Shown here: piece after piece, positions 41,156 to 52,208 of the stretch
Layout of the letters: every line of letters begins with the position of its first letter
Numbering within the stretch: the stretch's first letter is position 1
Assembly: GCF_006345805.1 (NCBI RefSeq)
Contig: NC_043009.1
Coordinates: 16,492,001 to 16,556,000 of the forward strand
Direction: 5' to 3'
Length of the DNA stretch: 64,000 nt
From: Octopus sinensis
Lineage: Eukaryota
Position numbers and translations under genes: made by a program
The notes under the pieces: generated by a model
The model's input: the letters and a program-made list of their open reading frames with translations, nothing else
Database searches by the model: none
Told to the model about the DNA's origin: nothing

Positions 41156-41465
41156 TACTTTTAATCTGCATGTTTGTTACAATCACTTGTCGAGACACAC
41201 CCAGCGTCCTAGGGCGAGTGAAGGATAAGATATGTTACACTATGACTGAAAGCTTGGGGAGGGGGAGGTGACAGGAACAGTAGCGAAATATTTTCATGTA
41301 ATACAACATAGGCATTTAAATTGATGGGTTTTTCTAAGGATGTGGGCAGTACTTGTCAGCATAATCTTTTGGATTTCTTTGAGACATGGTTCTCCTGGGA
41401 TATTATCTAGATGTTTTTGACATCCCCTTCCTATCATACCAAGAGCACCTAGGGTATACCAGGCA
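41127..41465 (-). mobile_element. R4/Dong-like LINE 3' end with (TAA)n tail
   Basis: LGALGMIGRGCQKHLDNIPGEPCLKEIQKIMLTSTAHILRK resembles the C-terminus after the REL endonuclease. Tail at 41127-41155. Confidence 0.75.
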
Positions 41466-41879
41466 CATGCATCACAACCAAATGTGCACGACATGGAGAT
41501 CTCATATCAAGATAAACAGCGCATGACCTTGCAGGTGGGGCCCAGTTAGAATTTTCTTCAGGTAGAGTAGCCCATTCCGCTCAAATGGTCCTTGAATAAG
41601 GAGTGTTTAAGGATGTTGAACCTATGCTTCAAGAGGTGAATTATTCAAACTCCAAAGGATTCCTCTCGGCACATGGCTATGATGTTCCTCCGCTACTTCA
41701 GCTCGTGATCAGAGATGCACACATCGTCAGCCACCAAAGGACATGCTCAACTGACAAGCAAATCTGTAGTGTTGAGCAGAATACTTACTGTAGCCCATCT
41801 ATTATACCAAGATAAAACATTTACATGATAACACTTCCAATCAGTTAAGATCAGAAGCCATGAGATCCAGTGCCAGGGA

Positions 41880-42038
<159 letters not shown>

Positions 42039-43084
42039 GAGTAAGAGAGCAGCACATACCATCATAGGCACAAATATATATTTGTACATCAATCAAATCA
42101 GATGAATCAAATAATGGAAAAGGAAGGTTTCAAATCAGTCCAAAAATGTTGTTCGCTCGTTCGTTTCGGCGATGAACTTTTTCAAGAGGATGTTCAAATT
42201 TTTAGGGGTTGGGGAACTTGCATATCCTGCCTCCACCCACTCTACCATTTCCGAGCCAATGGTCTAACGCATTCCTTACTAATGAAAGACGATTGTTCAA
42301 GAACGGATGACATAAAACCATTGGGGCACACATACAAAAGCGTCCTCGCACCCTTCATAACTTTCAGAAAAATGGATATTTTTAATACAATTTTCTACAA
42401 ATACATTTCAGATGGAATATATTACGATTATATCAGGAATTAGATTTAGGGAAAAAAAGACTGGTGAGCACGTACACATAAATACTGACACATATCGCAT
42501 ATTACTATCAAAAGTTCAAATTTCATTTGGTAGCTATATTTGTGATGTTAGTCATTAAGTGTGTGTACGCACCCACCAATGTTTTCACGTTAAATTACTA
42601 TATGATCATAATCTACACCATCTGAAAGGTATTTGCAGAAAGTTTCATCAAAAATTATTAATATGTTTGTTCAAACACAGTTATAACACTTGTATATTAC
42701 ATTATTCTATACAAATTACTGAAACTTTTGTAAAATCATGCAATAGAAAAGGCTATATTTTCCTTTCATCTTTAAGGACTGAAGCCATCAGATATTTACA
42801 AACCCGGGCCCTTCTTCTGGTTACCGAGTCGCAACCGCGGTGCCAATTAACCTCACTCACGCCAATATAGACGTAGTTTATGTCTGAAAGAACGTTTTTG
42901 ACTATAAATCTGCAGTATCACAATGGCTTGAGGCTTTAACAACAAATTATAACTCGGTGTTGGATTTTTTAATACAAAAAACTATAATGCGTAACACAAT
43001 GAGAAAACTTAGGTAAACATAAATGAATGACTTTCACTTTTATCAAATAGTGACCCTTTAGGGGTTCCTTGTTAGGAGAGAGTG

Positions 43085-43720
43085 GTTATGTATCTAGAGA
43101 ATAATAATTTGCTAAGTAATACCCAACATGGTTTTCGTCAAAGCAGAATCAGTCTCGCACAGTTATTTCTATGTCGTAATTGATAAAACAGTTTCTGAAG
43201 CGTTCAAATGTTGATAAATGATATATCCGGTCTTTCAATAAAGCTGATCGCAAGATAATATGCCCCGATTTCTTGACCTCGATTTAGTCAGAAAACAAAG
43301 AAGCGAATTTGTATGACTCAGGAAAATTCCATAGAAATAAAATAAATAAATGAAACAGACGCCTTCATGTTACAACCAACGGTGCACTCTCTGAAGAGTC
43401 GGATTTCCAGGGCGGGATATTAAAGGGAACTATTTTGAGGACATTATTGTCTGCTTATAGCTCTATCGGGCTTATATGTGCGGTTACCATAGTCAACCCC
43501 ACCACACGTGCCGATAATTCAGGGAAATAAAAATACAGTAAACAACCCCAAATATATTAAAAGCCTTCAGAAAAGTATATCGATTCTGTATATAAGAAAA
43601 CAAGAAATCCACGATAGGATAGTTTTGATATAAACTCATCAACACAGTGCAAAACATGAAGACACAGGACTGGAAGAAATTGCAATAACAGAATCAGAAA
43701 CTGTGGAGATCAGGGAATTG
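43085..43720 (+). mobile_element. Highly decayed CR1/Jockey-group RT remnant
   Basis: ENNNLLSNTQHGFRQSRISLAQLF is the QHGFR motif upstream of the RT core; the rest is frameshifted. Confidence 0.6.
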
Positions 43721-44354
43721 TAATGAGTAATACCCCATCCCGCCAGGTGCATATCAAAAGTATGAAGGTATGCAAAACAAGGACATAAGCGCTCATTCTG
43801 TTTTTTCCCAAACGCCATTTACTCCCCTTCCTAGATAGTCGCTTCGGGATGCCAGATTAACAGCTGAACTGAAGATAATCCAAAGTATCGAGGCAAAAAC
43901 AGTTATTCCATGCCCCATGTGAGCTATTGGGGAAAAAAAGCTAAAGTTTTGAAGCTGTAGTCTTTAGAACAAAGACAGGGACGATATACAATCATCTAAA
44001 TGGAGAAAACCCTTGACTAACTGGTGCCGAAAGTTGGTATTGAGAACTCCACTAATCTCGAAACAGAGTTCTATTGTACAAGACCAAATTTTCTGACTTC
44101 TCTCTCTCAAGGATGAAAACAAGTTATTGTAAAAGAATGAGTTGACTCAAACATTGTGAAAGAAACGGGGTTGGCAGAAATTGTGTAGAAGCCCGATGGA
44201 TTGATTGCACTTCTGATTCAAAGGTCCGCTGTTGTCACGTATTGTACCGCTCTGATTCGCTCTCATGACTGAGTTCAGGGTGAAAATATATGCGGAATAC
44301 TCAGTCACTTGGTACTAAATGCGTATTGGCGGGATTCTTATGTATGTATGTATG

Positions 44355-44424
<70 letters not shown>

Positions 44425-44689
44425 TACTCACAATACACACATGCACATATATTATAAGTATGTGTGTGTGTGTGCGCGCGCGCGCTTGTGTGTATGAAAG
44501 AGACAGACAGAGGGTCAAATTTAATTGTTGCTGCTTCTGGACACACCGCCTGAAACGATGTATTTATTTAACGGAGAGTTGAAATTTTTTTACAATAATA
44601 TCGAAAATCACGTTATTACCTTTTTTCCTTGCACACTTATTACAAATAAACACAGATAATCTTTTATCTGCGTTCACAAAAACCCTCAT

Positions 44690-44731
<42 letters not shown>

Positions 44732-46452
44732 ATATATATGTGTGGTTACATATTTAAGTTAAAGTATAAGTGTTTTATCTAAGATATATATGTACATAAT
44801 ATTTTTGTCTTATCTGTTGCTATTGTTTGCAACTACATGATAGATTGAACTTTGATACATCATTAACTGGTATGATCTTTGATAAAACTCAACCAGACAT
44901 TCATATCGCTTTTAATATTGTATTATGTTTTACTTCACAATAATAATAATAGACAAGAGCACTCAGAAAGCGCCAACCTCCGCCAAGGCAACACCAACGT
45001 CCTCTCGATGATTTTCAAAATGAGAATATCTGAAAAGCCGCACCCATCTACTTGGAATTGAGTAGCACACGTTCATCATGTCCCACCAAAGACCGAATTG
45101 TAGCTTTGTTGCTACGTTGCACTTTTGCCATTTGGGCCCAATGATTTATAAGATTTGTGTCTATAAGAAATTTGGGCCCAATGATTTATAGATTTGTGTC
45201 TATAGGACACAAATCTATAAATGTTAAAGATAATCGATATCGATTCCACTCTGAACGGCTACTTAATTTATTGACCTCAGGTATAAACAACAACAACAAC
45301 AACTTTCATAGTGACCACCACCTGACTATCTCAGCTAAAACCCCCAAAGCACCTGACACTGAACTCTTAACTACCCGCCACAGATACAACTTTGGTCACC
45401 ATTTTACCACAGCTTATGAAGCAGCAAGAAAACATCTACGTTGCTCACCGATTAGAAATAACAACCTATCCATAAACAACGATCTTTAAAACAAGGACTC
45501 TGTTAAACAATGCAATCCTAAATTTTCTAGATCAATGTTTTGAGGGGATTTTTAAACATAATATATGAAGGATCACATTATCCGATATGTTTGCTTTAAA
45601 GATTACAGGGAATGGTTTGAGGACGATTTGACTGCTATTTACAACAACTCGGTCGTCGAGACAGATTAATGTATTGTCAGCTGTGAGGTGGCGATGGCTG
45701 TGACTAATCCCTCATTGAGAAAATGTGACTGCCATACCTTTACTAGTGTAAGTGTAATAATTTGTTGAAATCCTCTTTAATCACGATTGAGCTTGATCAG
45801 TGATAAATTCAACAAAAAAAAAAGGGAAACAATGGAAAGAAGAGGGAGGTCAGTATTGCTCTGTAGATCCCAGTACAGATCGATGAATTTAGGATTCTGT
45901 GAGAATAAAGGTAGGATGAATGGGTGAATGGAAAATGCATTAGAAAAGAAATCATTTTGTTGAGCAGATCATTTGATTTCACCCGGAAATATCTTTCAAG
46001 GATCATTTGCTAAGTTATTAATCGCTCTTAAGTACGTGTATCAGTACTAAATACCCTTTAAAAATAAAATTAATCCACAAGCTGATCTATTGTCACCTAA
46101 ATCCGAATACTAACGGATTAATATAAATAGTGTTTGTCATTAAAATATTTTTAGACATTAAATTCAAGTTTGACATTCTTAACGATTTCCTACCGAAATG
46201 ATATTAAGCCTCGACATTTTATTGCTAAAATGAAACTGCTAAATTAGTCAAAGGGAGAGGAAGAGAGGGAGAAAGTCACCTAGGGGTGTGATACCGATTA
46301 TTAGCTTATCATTTAAGTCTTCCTCAACAAATCCTCCAGTCTTCCTATCGGTCATCTCGGTACTCCATGAAACCTGCTAGTTGGTCAGTAATTTCCTCTT
46401 CTACAAATTTTTTAGTACACCCTCATACGTTGGCATGCCGACGTTCTTCGAT

Positions 46453-46560
46453 ATCCGACGAGCTGGCAGAAACGTTAGCACACCGGGCGAAATGCTTAGC
46501 GGTATTTCGTCTGCCGTTACGTTCTGAGTTCAAATTCTGCCGAGGTCGACTTTGCCTTTC
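46453..46560 (+). mobile_element. SINE family A, 5' half
   Basis: cgagctggcagaaacgttagcacaccgggcg...gaggtcgactttgcctttc. Confidence 0.8.
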
Positions 46561-47638
46561 AAGGGGTTCATAGGTTGAAAACCACTGCTTTACATAGTAA
46601 CCCGCTATATAGAAGCATACTGCTAATGTGTTCGTTTTCTTGGATGTTAAGTATTGCATTCAGCATTCTGGTGTAGCATTCATCTAAAGATTTGCGGAGG
46701 GTAGGCTTCGGAGTCTAGCATTCACAGCCTTTCAGTCAATTGTAAAAACTGATGTGTCCAGATGTCGTTTAGCCCCAGTTCTAACTTGATTTTACTGAAA
46801 GATCTATAACCAAAGGTGGTCTAGTCATGACCATCCTGCTTTTTTTATATATCAGAACCGTATAAGTGTAATATATCCGCAGCTAAGATGTAATTTAAGG
46901 GAATTTAGGTGCTATTTGTAGTAGACTGAGCGACCACGATCAAGCTTCTTCATTGACTCATATAAATAGATCAGTGGAGTACAGTAGTGAAATCGAGTTT
47001 CAGTCATATTATTACGACTGACTGACCAAAGTATCAAAGAATAAAAGAGCAGGAACTTGTGAAATCTTGAAGAATTACTTATTTTGCATTGTTTTCTTTT
47101 TCGCCTCAAAGATCTTCTCAAGAAACAACAACCATCATCATATAAACACATTTACAAAAGTATTCAACCTTGATCTTAACATTATTTTCACATCACTTGA
47201 AGTTGCAATATAATGATCTTTCATCATCTGTAAAATTCTAAAACGGTTTGAAGCTCTATAGTTTGAAGTCGATAACGCAATTCTTGTTAGTAATATTCTG
47301 GCTATAAATGAAATCCCTCTGTTGAAATGTTGTCAGGAATGGTCTAATAAAGGCTTTGTGCAAGCACTGACAATCTCAGGGTTCCAACAGTCCAGAATGA
47401 TTTTTGAAAACCTAGAGTTCGAATCATTCGAATCAGGTGACGGGCTTTGTCAAAGCTAAACATATTTCAAAAGTATATTTCGCTCATGACAATGGCTTGA
47501 TCAAAGGTCGCAGACATGAAGTATTGCTTCACTCATGCGAAAGTATATATAAGATTGTCTTCTGTTCTAGCTGCCACTTGATTTTTAGAACTTGGTTCCT
47601 ATTGTGCCATTGCCGTCGACGTCACTATTAGTGTAGTT

Positions 47639-47681
<43 letters not shown>

Positions 47682-47683
47682 TG

Positions 47684-47737
<54 letters not shown>

Positions 47738-48187
47738 CACATGTGTCTGTATGTGCGCGTGTGACTGAGTGAAAATGATATTCTTGCTGCAAATGAAGCC
47801 ATTTTATTGAGTTAATGCTGTAAATTATTTATTAAAAGCATTTATCAAGCGTTGGCGATAGCTGTGTCCAACAGTTTAGAATTATTATTGAATACTTACG
47901 ATCGAATCACTAAAACATCGGTCAGGTGCATCAGTGGAGTTTAGTAAAGCTTCGGAACCACGAGTGCACGCGTACGTATATGTGTGTGTGTTCGTGTATG
48001 CGTGTGTGTGTTGTTGTTTATGCCAAATCGTAATAAAAAAACACAATTTGATATTACGCTGAGTTTAACATTAAATTCAAATGTTTGGAATGCGTGTTTC
48101 TTTAAGAGGAATAATAAACGAAAAAGGAAATGTGGAAAACTTCTAACAATGTGGAGAGGGAAGCTGAGAAACCTTTATATATTTCAG

Positions 48188-48276
48188 ACACAAAGGCGCA
48201 TCCTCGGAAGGATATCTACGGACTTTACGTTAATGCCGTTTGGATAACCGAGCGAGCAGTGACCTCGCTTAGTTCG
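48188..48276 (+). CDS. Candidate internal coding exon (phase 1 to phase 0)
   Basis: atatttcag|AC ACA AAG...AGT TCG|gtgagt. Only the phase-1 frame is open (D-TKAHPRKDIYGLYVNAVWITERAVTSLSS), which is compatible with the exon ending at 39366. Confidence 0.3.
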
Positions 48277-48464
48277 GTGAGTGTGCTAGCAACAGCAGGT
48301 TCCAAAAGATGGTGTTGTCGGTGCCGTAGAGGTCGCAGTGGTGGATGATTGGCTGTCTATTTTCGTTTATTCTAATTCTGTGCTACAATGCTTCAAGCGA
48401 ACTACAACGCTCTTCTTTCATATTTATACAAGAGGAGTGACAGCGACTTCATTCTATCTATCTA

Positions 48465-48499
<35 letters not shown>

Positions 48500-48500
48500 A

Positions 48501-48533
<33 letters not shown>

Positions 48534-48568
48534 ATATATATATATATATATACCCATCTATCTATCTA

Positions 48569-48641
<73 letters not shown>

Positions 48642-48647
<6 letters not shown>

Positions 48648-48757
48648 ATAGTTATCGCCATACTAATATGGCATTCTTATAAAAATAAGAAAAAAGCTTT
48701 TCCGCTTATTAGCTCCATGAGGCCATCGCCTTAAGTTAGCTATTTGATACACAACTG
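48642..48757 (-). repeat. Inverted 116-bp partial copy of the 362-bp terminal repeat
   Basis: Exact reverse complement of 50180-50295 (and of 50542-50657 and 50904-51019). Confidence 0.95.
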
Positions 48758-48829
48758 AAAGGATGAAAGGCAAAGTCGACCTCGGCGGAATTTGAACTCA
48801 GAACATAACGGCAGACGAAATACCGCAAA
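48754..48829 (-). mobile_element. SINE family A internal fragment immediately upstream of the ZCCHC7-like ATG
   Basis: ctgaaaggatgaaaggcaaagtcgacctcggcggaatttgaactcagaac...gacgaaataccgc, the reverse complement of family A. Confidence 0.85.
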
Positions 48830-48843
48830 GCAAAATAAATACC

Positions 48844-49884
48844 ATGAAAATGTTGCCCCGTATTAGTGATGAAGACGAATCTTATGAGCTGTATGATGAA
48901 TTCGATGATGATGATGAGAAGGATGAAGAAGAGGAAGAAGCAGAAAGATTAAAGGAAATAGAGAGCGAACTGTATAGTTATATCCATTATGGTTCTCAAA
49001 CTGACTTAGAAACAGAGACTGTTGATCCAACATTTTGGAGGTCTTTAGAAAAAGATAATTCAGCAGTAAATAGACCACTAATGAGGCTGAAGGTGAAGGA
49101 AGATAAAAAGAGTGCTGAAGACCCTATTTTGACAAAGACCTTCAAGTGCGGTAACTGTTCCCTTGTTGGTCATCTTAGCAGAGATTGTCGGCAAATGAAA
49201 CCACCTGTATGTTATCTCTGTGGAATTTTAGGACACAAAAGCCATGAGTGCCCAGATAGTATTTGCTTTAACTGTGAATGCCCTGGACATTTTACTCGTG
49301 ATTGCAATGCATGCAAACGCCCTTATAATGCACACTGTTCCCGATGTGACATGAAGGGCCATATGTATCATGAATGCCCTGATCTTTGGAGAAGATACCA
49401 TGCGACCACCAGAGAAGGACCTATTATGAAGACGCCATCTCGTTGTAACCCAAGGGTTTATTGCTCCAATTGTGGACTGGTTGGACATTTCGCTTATGAT
49501 TGTTATAATCTAGCCATGTACAGGTTCATCAAACCTAGTTATCCTTTCATCGTCAGCTATAAAAAGAACTTTGTGAGTAGAAAAAATTTTAAAAAAAAGG
49601 AGAAAAGATATATGAAATTTATGTTCGAAAATGATGAAATTCCAGTAAAGAAACCGAAGATTAAAGACAAAGCCAAAATAGTAAAAAAGAAAATATCCAA
49701 GAAAAAGAAGAAAAACAACCAAATTGGAAAAAAAGTACAGATTAGTAATATAGTGAAAAAGAGATTAAAAACCAGAAAAAGGAAAAACAAACTCGGTTAC
49801 AAGAAGTTCTTCCAGTTTTTTCTAACAAGTGTCAGCTTAAATATCTGTCGAGCTTTTAGTGTCAGCAACATAACTCGAGTGTAA
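48844..49884 (+). CDS. ZCCHC7: Intronless ZCCHC7/Air1-Air2-like zinc-knuckle protein (TRAMP subunit homologue), 346 aa
   Basis: Five CX2CX4HX4C knuckles (49147-49503). The Air/ZCCHC7 linker motif CPDLWRRYH(A)TT lies between knuckles 4 and 5. Acidic N-terminus with ELYSYIHY, lysine-rich NLS/NoLS-like C-terminus, ATG context aaataccATG, AATAAA at 49918 and 49978. No stops or frameshifts. Confidence 0.85.
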   Translation: MKMLPRISDEDESYELYDEFDDDDEKDEEEEEAERLKEIESELYSYIHYGSQTDLETETVDPTFWRSLEKDNSAVNRPLMRLKVKEDKKSAEDPILTKTFKCGNCSLVGHLSRDCRQMKPPVCYLCGILGHKSHECPDSICFNCECPGHFTRDCNACKRPYNAHCSRCDMKGHMYHECPDLWRRYHATTREGPIMKTPSRCNPRVYCSNCGLVGHFAYDCYNLAMYRFIKPSYPFIVSYKKNFVSRKNFKKKEKRYMKFMFENDEIPVKKPKIKDKAKIVKKKISKKKKKNNQIGKKVQISNIVKKRLKTRKRKNKLGYKKFFQFFLTSVSLNICRAFSVSNITRV

Positions 49885-50070
49885 ACAATTGGACATGGCA
49901 GATGAACAAGGACAGAAAATAAAAGACTGAGATGTGTACAATAACAGAAAAGATTGAGATGTGCAGACTGAATGGTAAATAAACTGAAATTATTGAAAAC
50001 AAGTGGATGTATTCCACCGAAACTAGGTAAATAAAACCATCGAACAGAGATTGTCGGAAGCGACACCTAC

Positions 50071-50132
50071 TGGCTGGCTACGCTGCATTGAAAAGGGGCA
50101 ATACCCCGAAACGCGTCTGTAGCTGCCGGTCA
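50071..50132 (+). ncRNA. Type I hammerhead ribozyme, copy 1 (U3:A8 core variant)
   Basis: Stem I GCTGCA/TGTAGC extended by TGGCTGGC/GCCGGTCA; core TTGAAAA; stem II GGGG-caata-CCCC; GAAAC-GC-GTC with palindromic ACGCGT stem III. Predicted cleavage after C50117. Confidence 0.8.
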
Positions 50133-50432
50133 AGTAGTGTGGAGCGACTGACCTCCCTTGTTCGAAGGTTATATGGATACAGTTGTGTATCAAATAGCTA
50201 ACTTAAGGCGATGGCCTCATGGAGCTAATAAGCGGAAAAGCTTTTTTCTTATTTTTATAAGAATGCCATATTAGTATGGCGATAACTATTATTTTCCGGG
50301 AACGCTGCCGCTGTTCTCTTTTAGAGAGACTTAGTTATTTTAATATTTCTATTATTGAAAACAAGTGGATGTATTCCACCGAAACTAGGTAAATAAAACC
50401 ATCGAACAGAGATTGTCGGAAGCGACACCTAC

Positions 50433-50494
50433 TGGCTGGCTACGCTGCATTGAAAAGGGGCAATACCCCGAAACGCGTCTGTAGCTGCCGGTCA
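50433..50494 (+). ncRNA. Type I hammerhead ribozyme, copy 2
   Basis: Identical motif 362 bp downstream. Predicted cleavage after 50479. Confidence 0.8.
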
Positions 50495-50794
50495 AGTAGT
50501 GTGGAGCGACTGACCTCCCTTGTTCGAAGGTTATATGGATACAGTTGTGTATCAAATAGCTAACTTAAGGCGATGGCCTCATGGAGCTAATAAGCGGAAA
50601 AGCTTTTTTCTTATTTTTATAAGAATGCCATATTAGTATGGCGATAACTATTATTTTCCGGGAACGCTGCCGCTGTTCTCTTTTAGAGAGACTTAGTTAT
50701 TTTAATATTTCTATTATTGAAAACAAGTGGATGTATTCCACCGAAACTAGGTAAATAAAACCATCGAACAGAGATTGTCGGAAGCGACACCTAC

Positions 50795-50856
50795 TGGCTG
50801 GCTACGCTGCATTGAAAAGGGGCAATACCCCGAAACGCGTCTGTAGCTGCCGGTCA
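50795..50856 (+). ncRNA. Type I hammerhead ribozyme, copy 3
   Basis: Identical motif. Predicted cleavage after 50841. Confidence 0.8.
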
Positions 50857-51073
50857 AGTAGTGTGGAGCGACTGACCTCCCTTGTTCGAAGGTTATATGG
50901 ATACAGTTGTGTATCAAATAGCTAACTTAAGGCGATGGCCTCATGGAGCTAATAAGCGGAAAAGCTTTTTTCTTATTTTTATAAGAATGCCATATTAGTA
51001 TGGCGATAACTATTATTTTCCGGGAACGCTGCCGCTGTTCTCTTTTAGAGAGACTTAGTTATTTTAATATTTC

Positions 51074-51111
<38 letters not shown>

Positions 51112-51140
51112 GTCTGTCTATCTATCTATCTATCTATATA

Positions 51141-51183
<43 letters not shown>

Positions 51184-51203
51184 CTACCCATCTATCTATC
51201 TAT

Positions 51204-51985
51204 CGTGTGAGACGAGTCGGTTTATCAGCTGAGTCTATCGTCAATATTGTCACGCCTCCTTCCTTCAAACGGGAAAGAAGAGCTACTTTCATCATCCTTG
51301 TGGCTATGGCGAAAGAATGTATCTGGTGGACGCGTCTGAAAGGATTGGAGACAAACACTTTCCTCTCTTGTCAATCTCTCATCAACTTCTTCAAGTACCA
51401 CTTGAAAAGGAAAGTGAGAGTAGAGAGGCAAGTTTTGTCTAGCGAATGTTTTAAAAAAAGATGGGTGAATTAGCAAGGATGGCACGTATGAATGACGAAG
51501 CCACCTTGAGCATAATCCTATGAACCCAGAAATTGAAAACAGAGGGTTACCCACTTGCAAACAAATGTGGTAACATATAACAATATTGACCAAGGTTACC
51601 GTGGTCTTTTTCGTAGACTTTTCTTCCCACGGATAAACCTTACTTGCTTTCCCCTTTACACCATATATCATAACACTGTGATACACGATTCCTATTGATC
51701 GTTTTTTTTCCTCTTCCTCTTTTTTTCCCTTTTTTCTTCTTTTTTCATTTCTCTTTTCTTTTGTTCCTTTTCCTTTTCTCTTTTTTTATTTTTATTTTTT
51801 TATTTTTTATTTTATTTTATTTTTTTTGTTCTTTTCTTCCCTTTTACGATCCCTCTTGATCGAAAACCTACGCCATCCCCTTTTTTTGTTTCTTTTGTTT
51901 TTCGTTTTTTTCATCCCCCAAAAGAAAAGCTCTACCTTGTAACTTGTCCCATCTGTGTGCAGCCCTGTGTGGCCAATAAAGAAAC
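51204..51985 (+). mobile_element. 5'-truncated Tx1/L1-clade LINE 3' end
   Basis: FIILVAMAKECIWWTRLKGL...FFKYHLKRKVRVERQVLSSECFKKRW resembles a Tx1 ORF2 C-terminus. T-rich 3' UTR, AATAAA at 51975, (TATC)n tail. Confidence 0.7.
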
Positions 51986-51990
51986 TTATC

Positions 51991-52079
<89 letters not shown>

Positions 52080-52081
52080 AC

Positions 52082-52144
<63 letters not shown>

Positions 52145-52164
52145 CCTACCTACCTACCTATCTA

Positions 52165-52208
<44 letters not shown>

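Larger units (their letters stand above)
49989..51079 (+). repeat. Three 362-bp tandem repeats (pLTR/retrozyme-like), identical by eye
   Basis: Unit starts at 49989, 50351 and 50713, plus attat at 51075, then (TA)n. Confidence 0.95.

Noticed and set aside
45157-45489. 110-aa ORF or alternative phase-1 exon after ttgacctcag
   Set aside because: Weak polypyrimidine tract, no clear donor, and it starts in a local duplication.
49147-49503. Retroviral/LTR Gag nucleocapsid interpretation of the CCHC knuckles
   Set aside because: Five knuckles plus the CPDLWRRYH linker and the acidic N-terminal YIHY motif fit Air/ZCCHC7. No capsid-like region, protease or pol follows.
48863-50066. Minus-strand ORFs overlapping the ZCCHC7-like gene
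   Set aside because: Short antisense shadows of the real frame, with no motifs.
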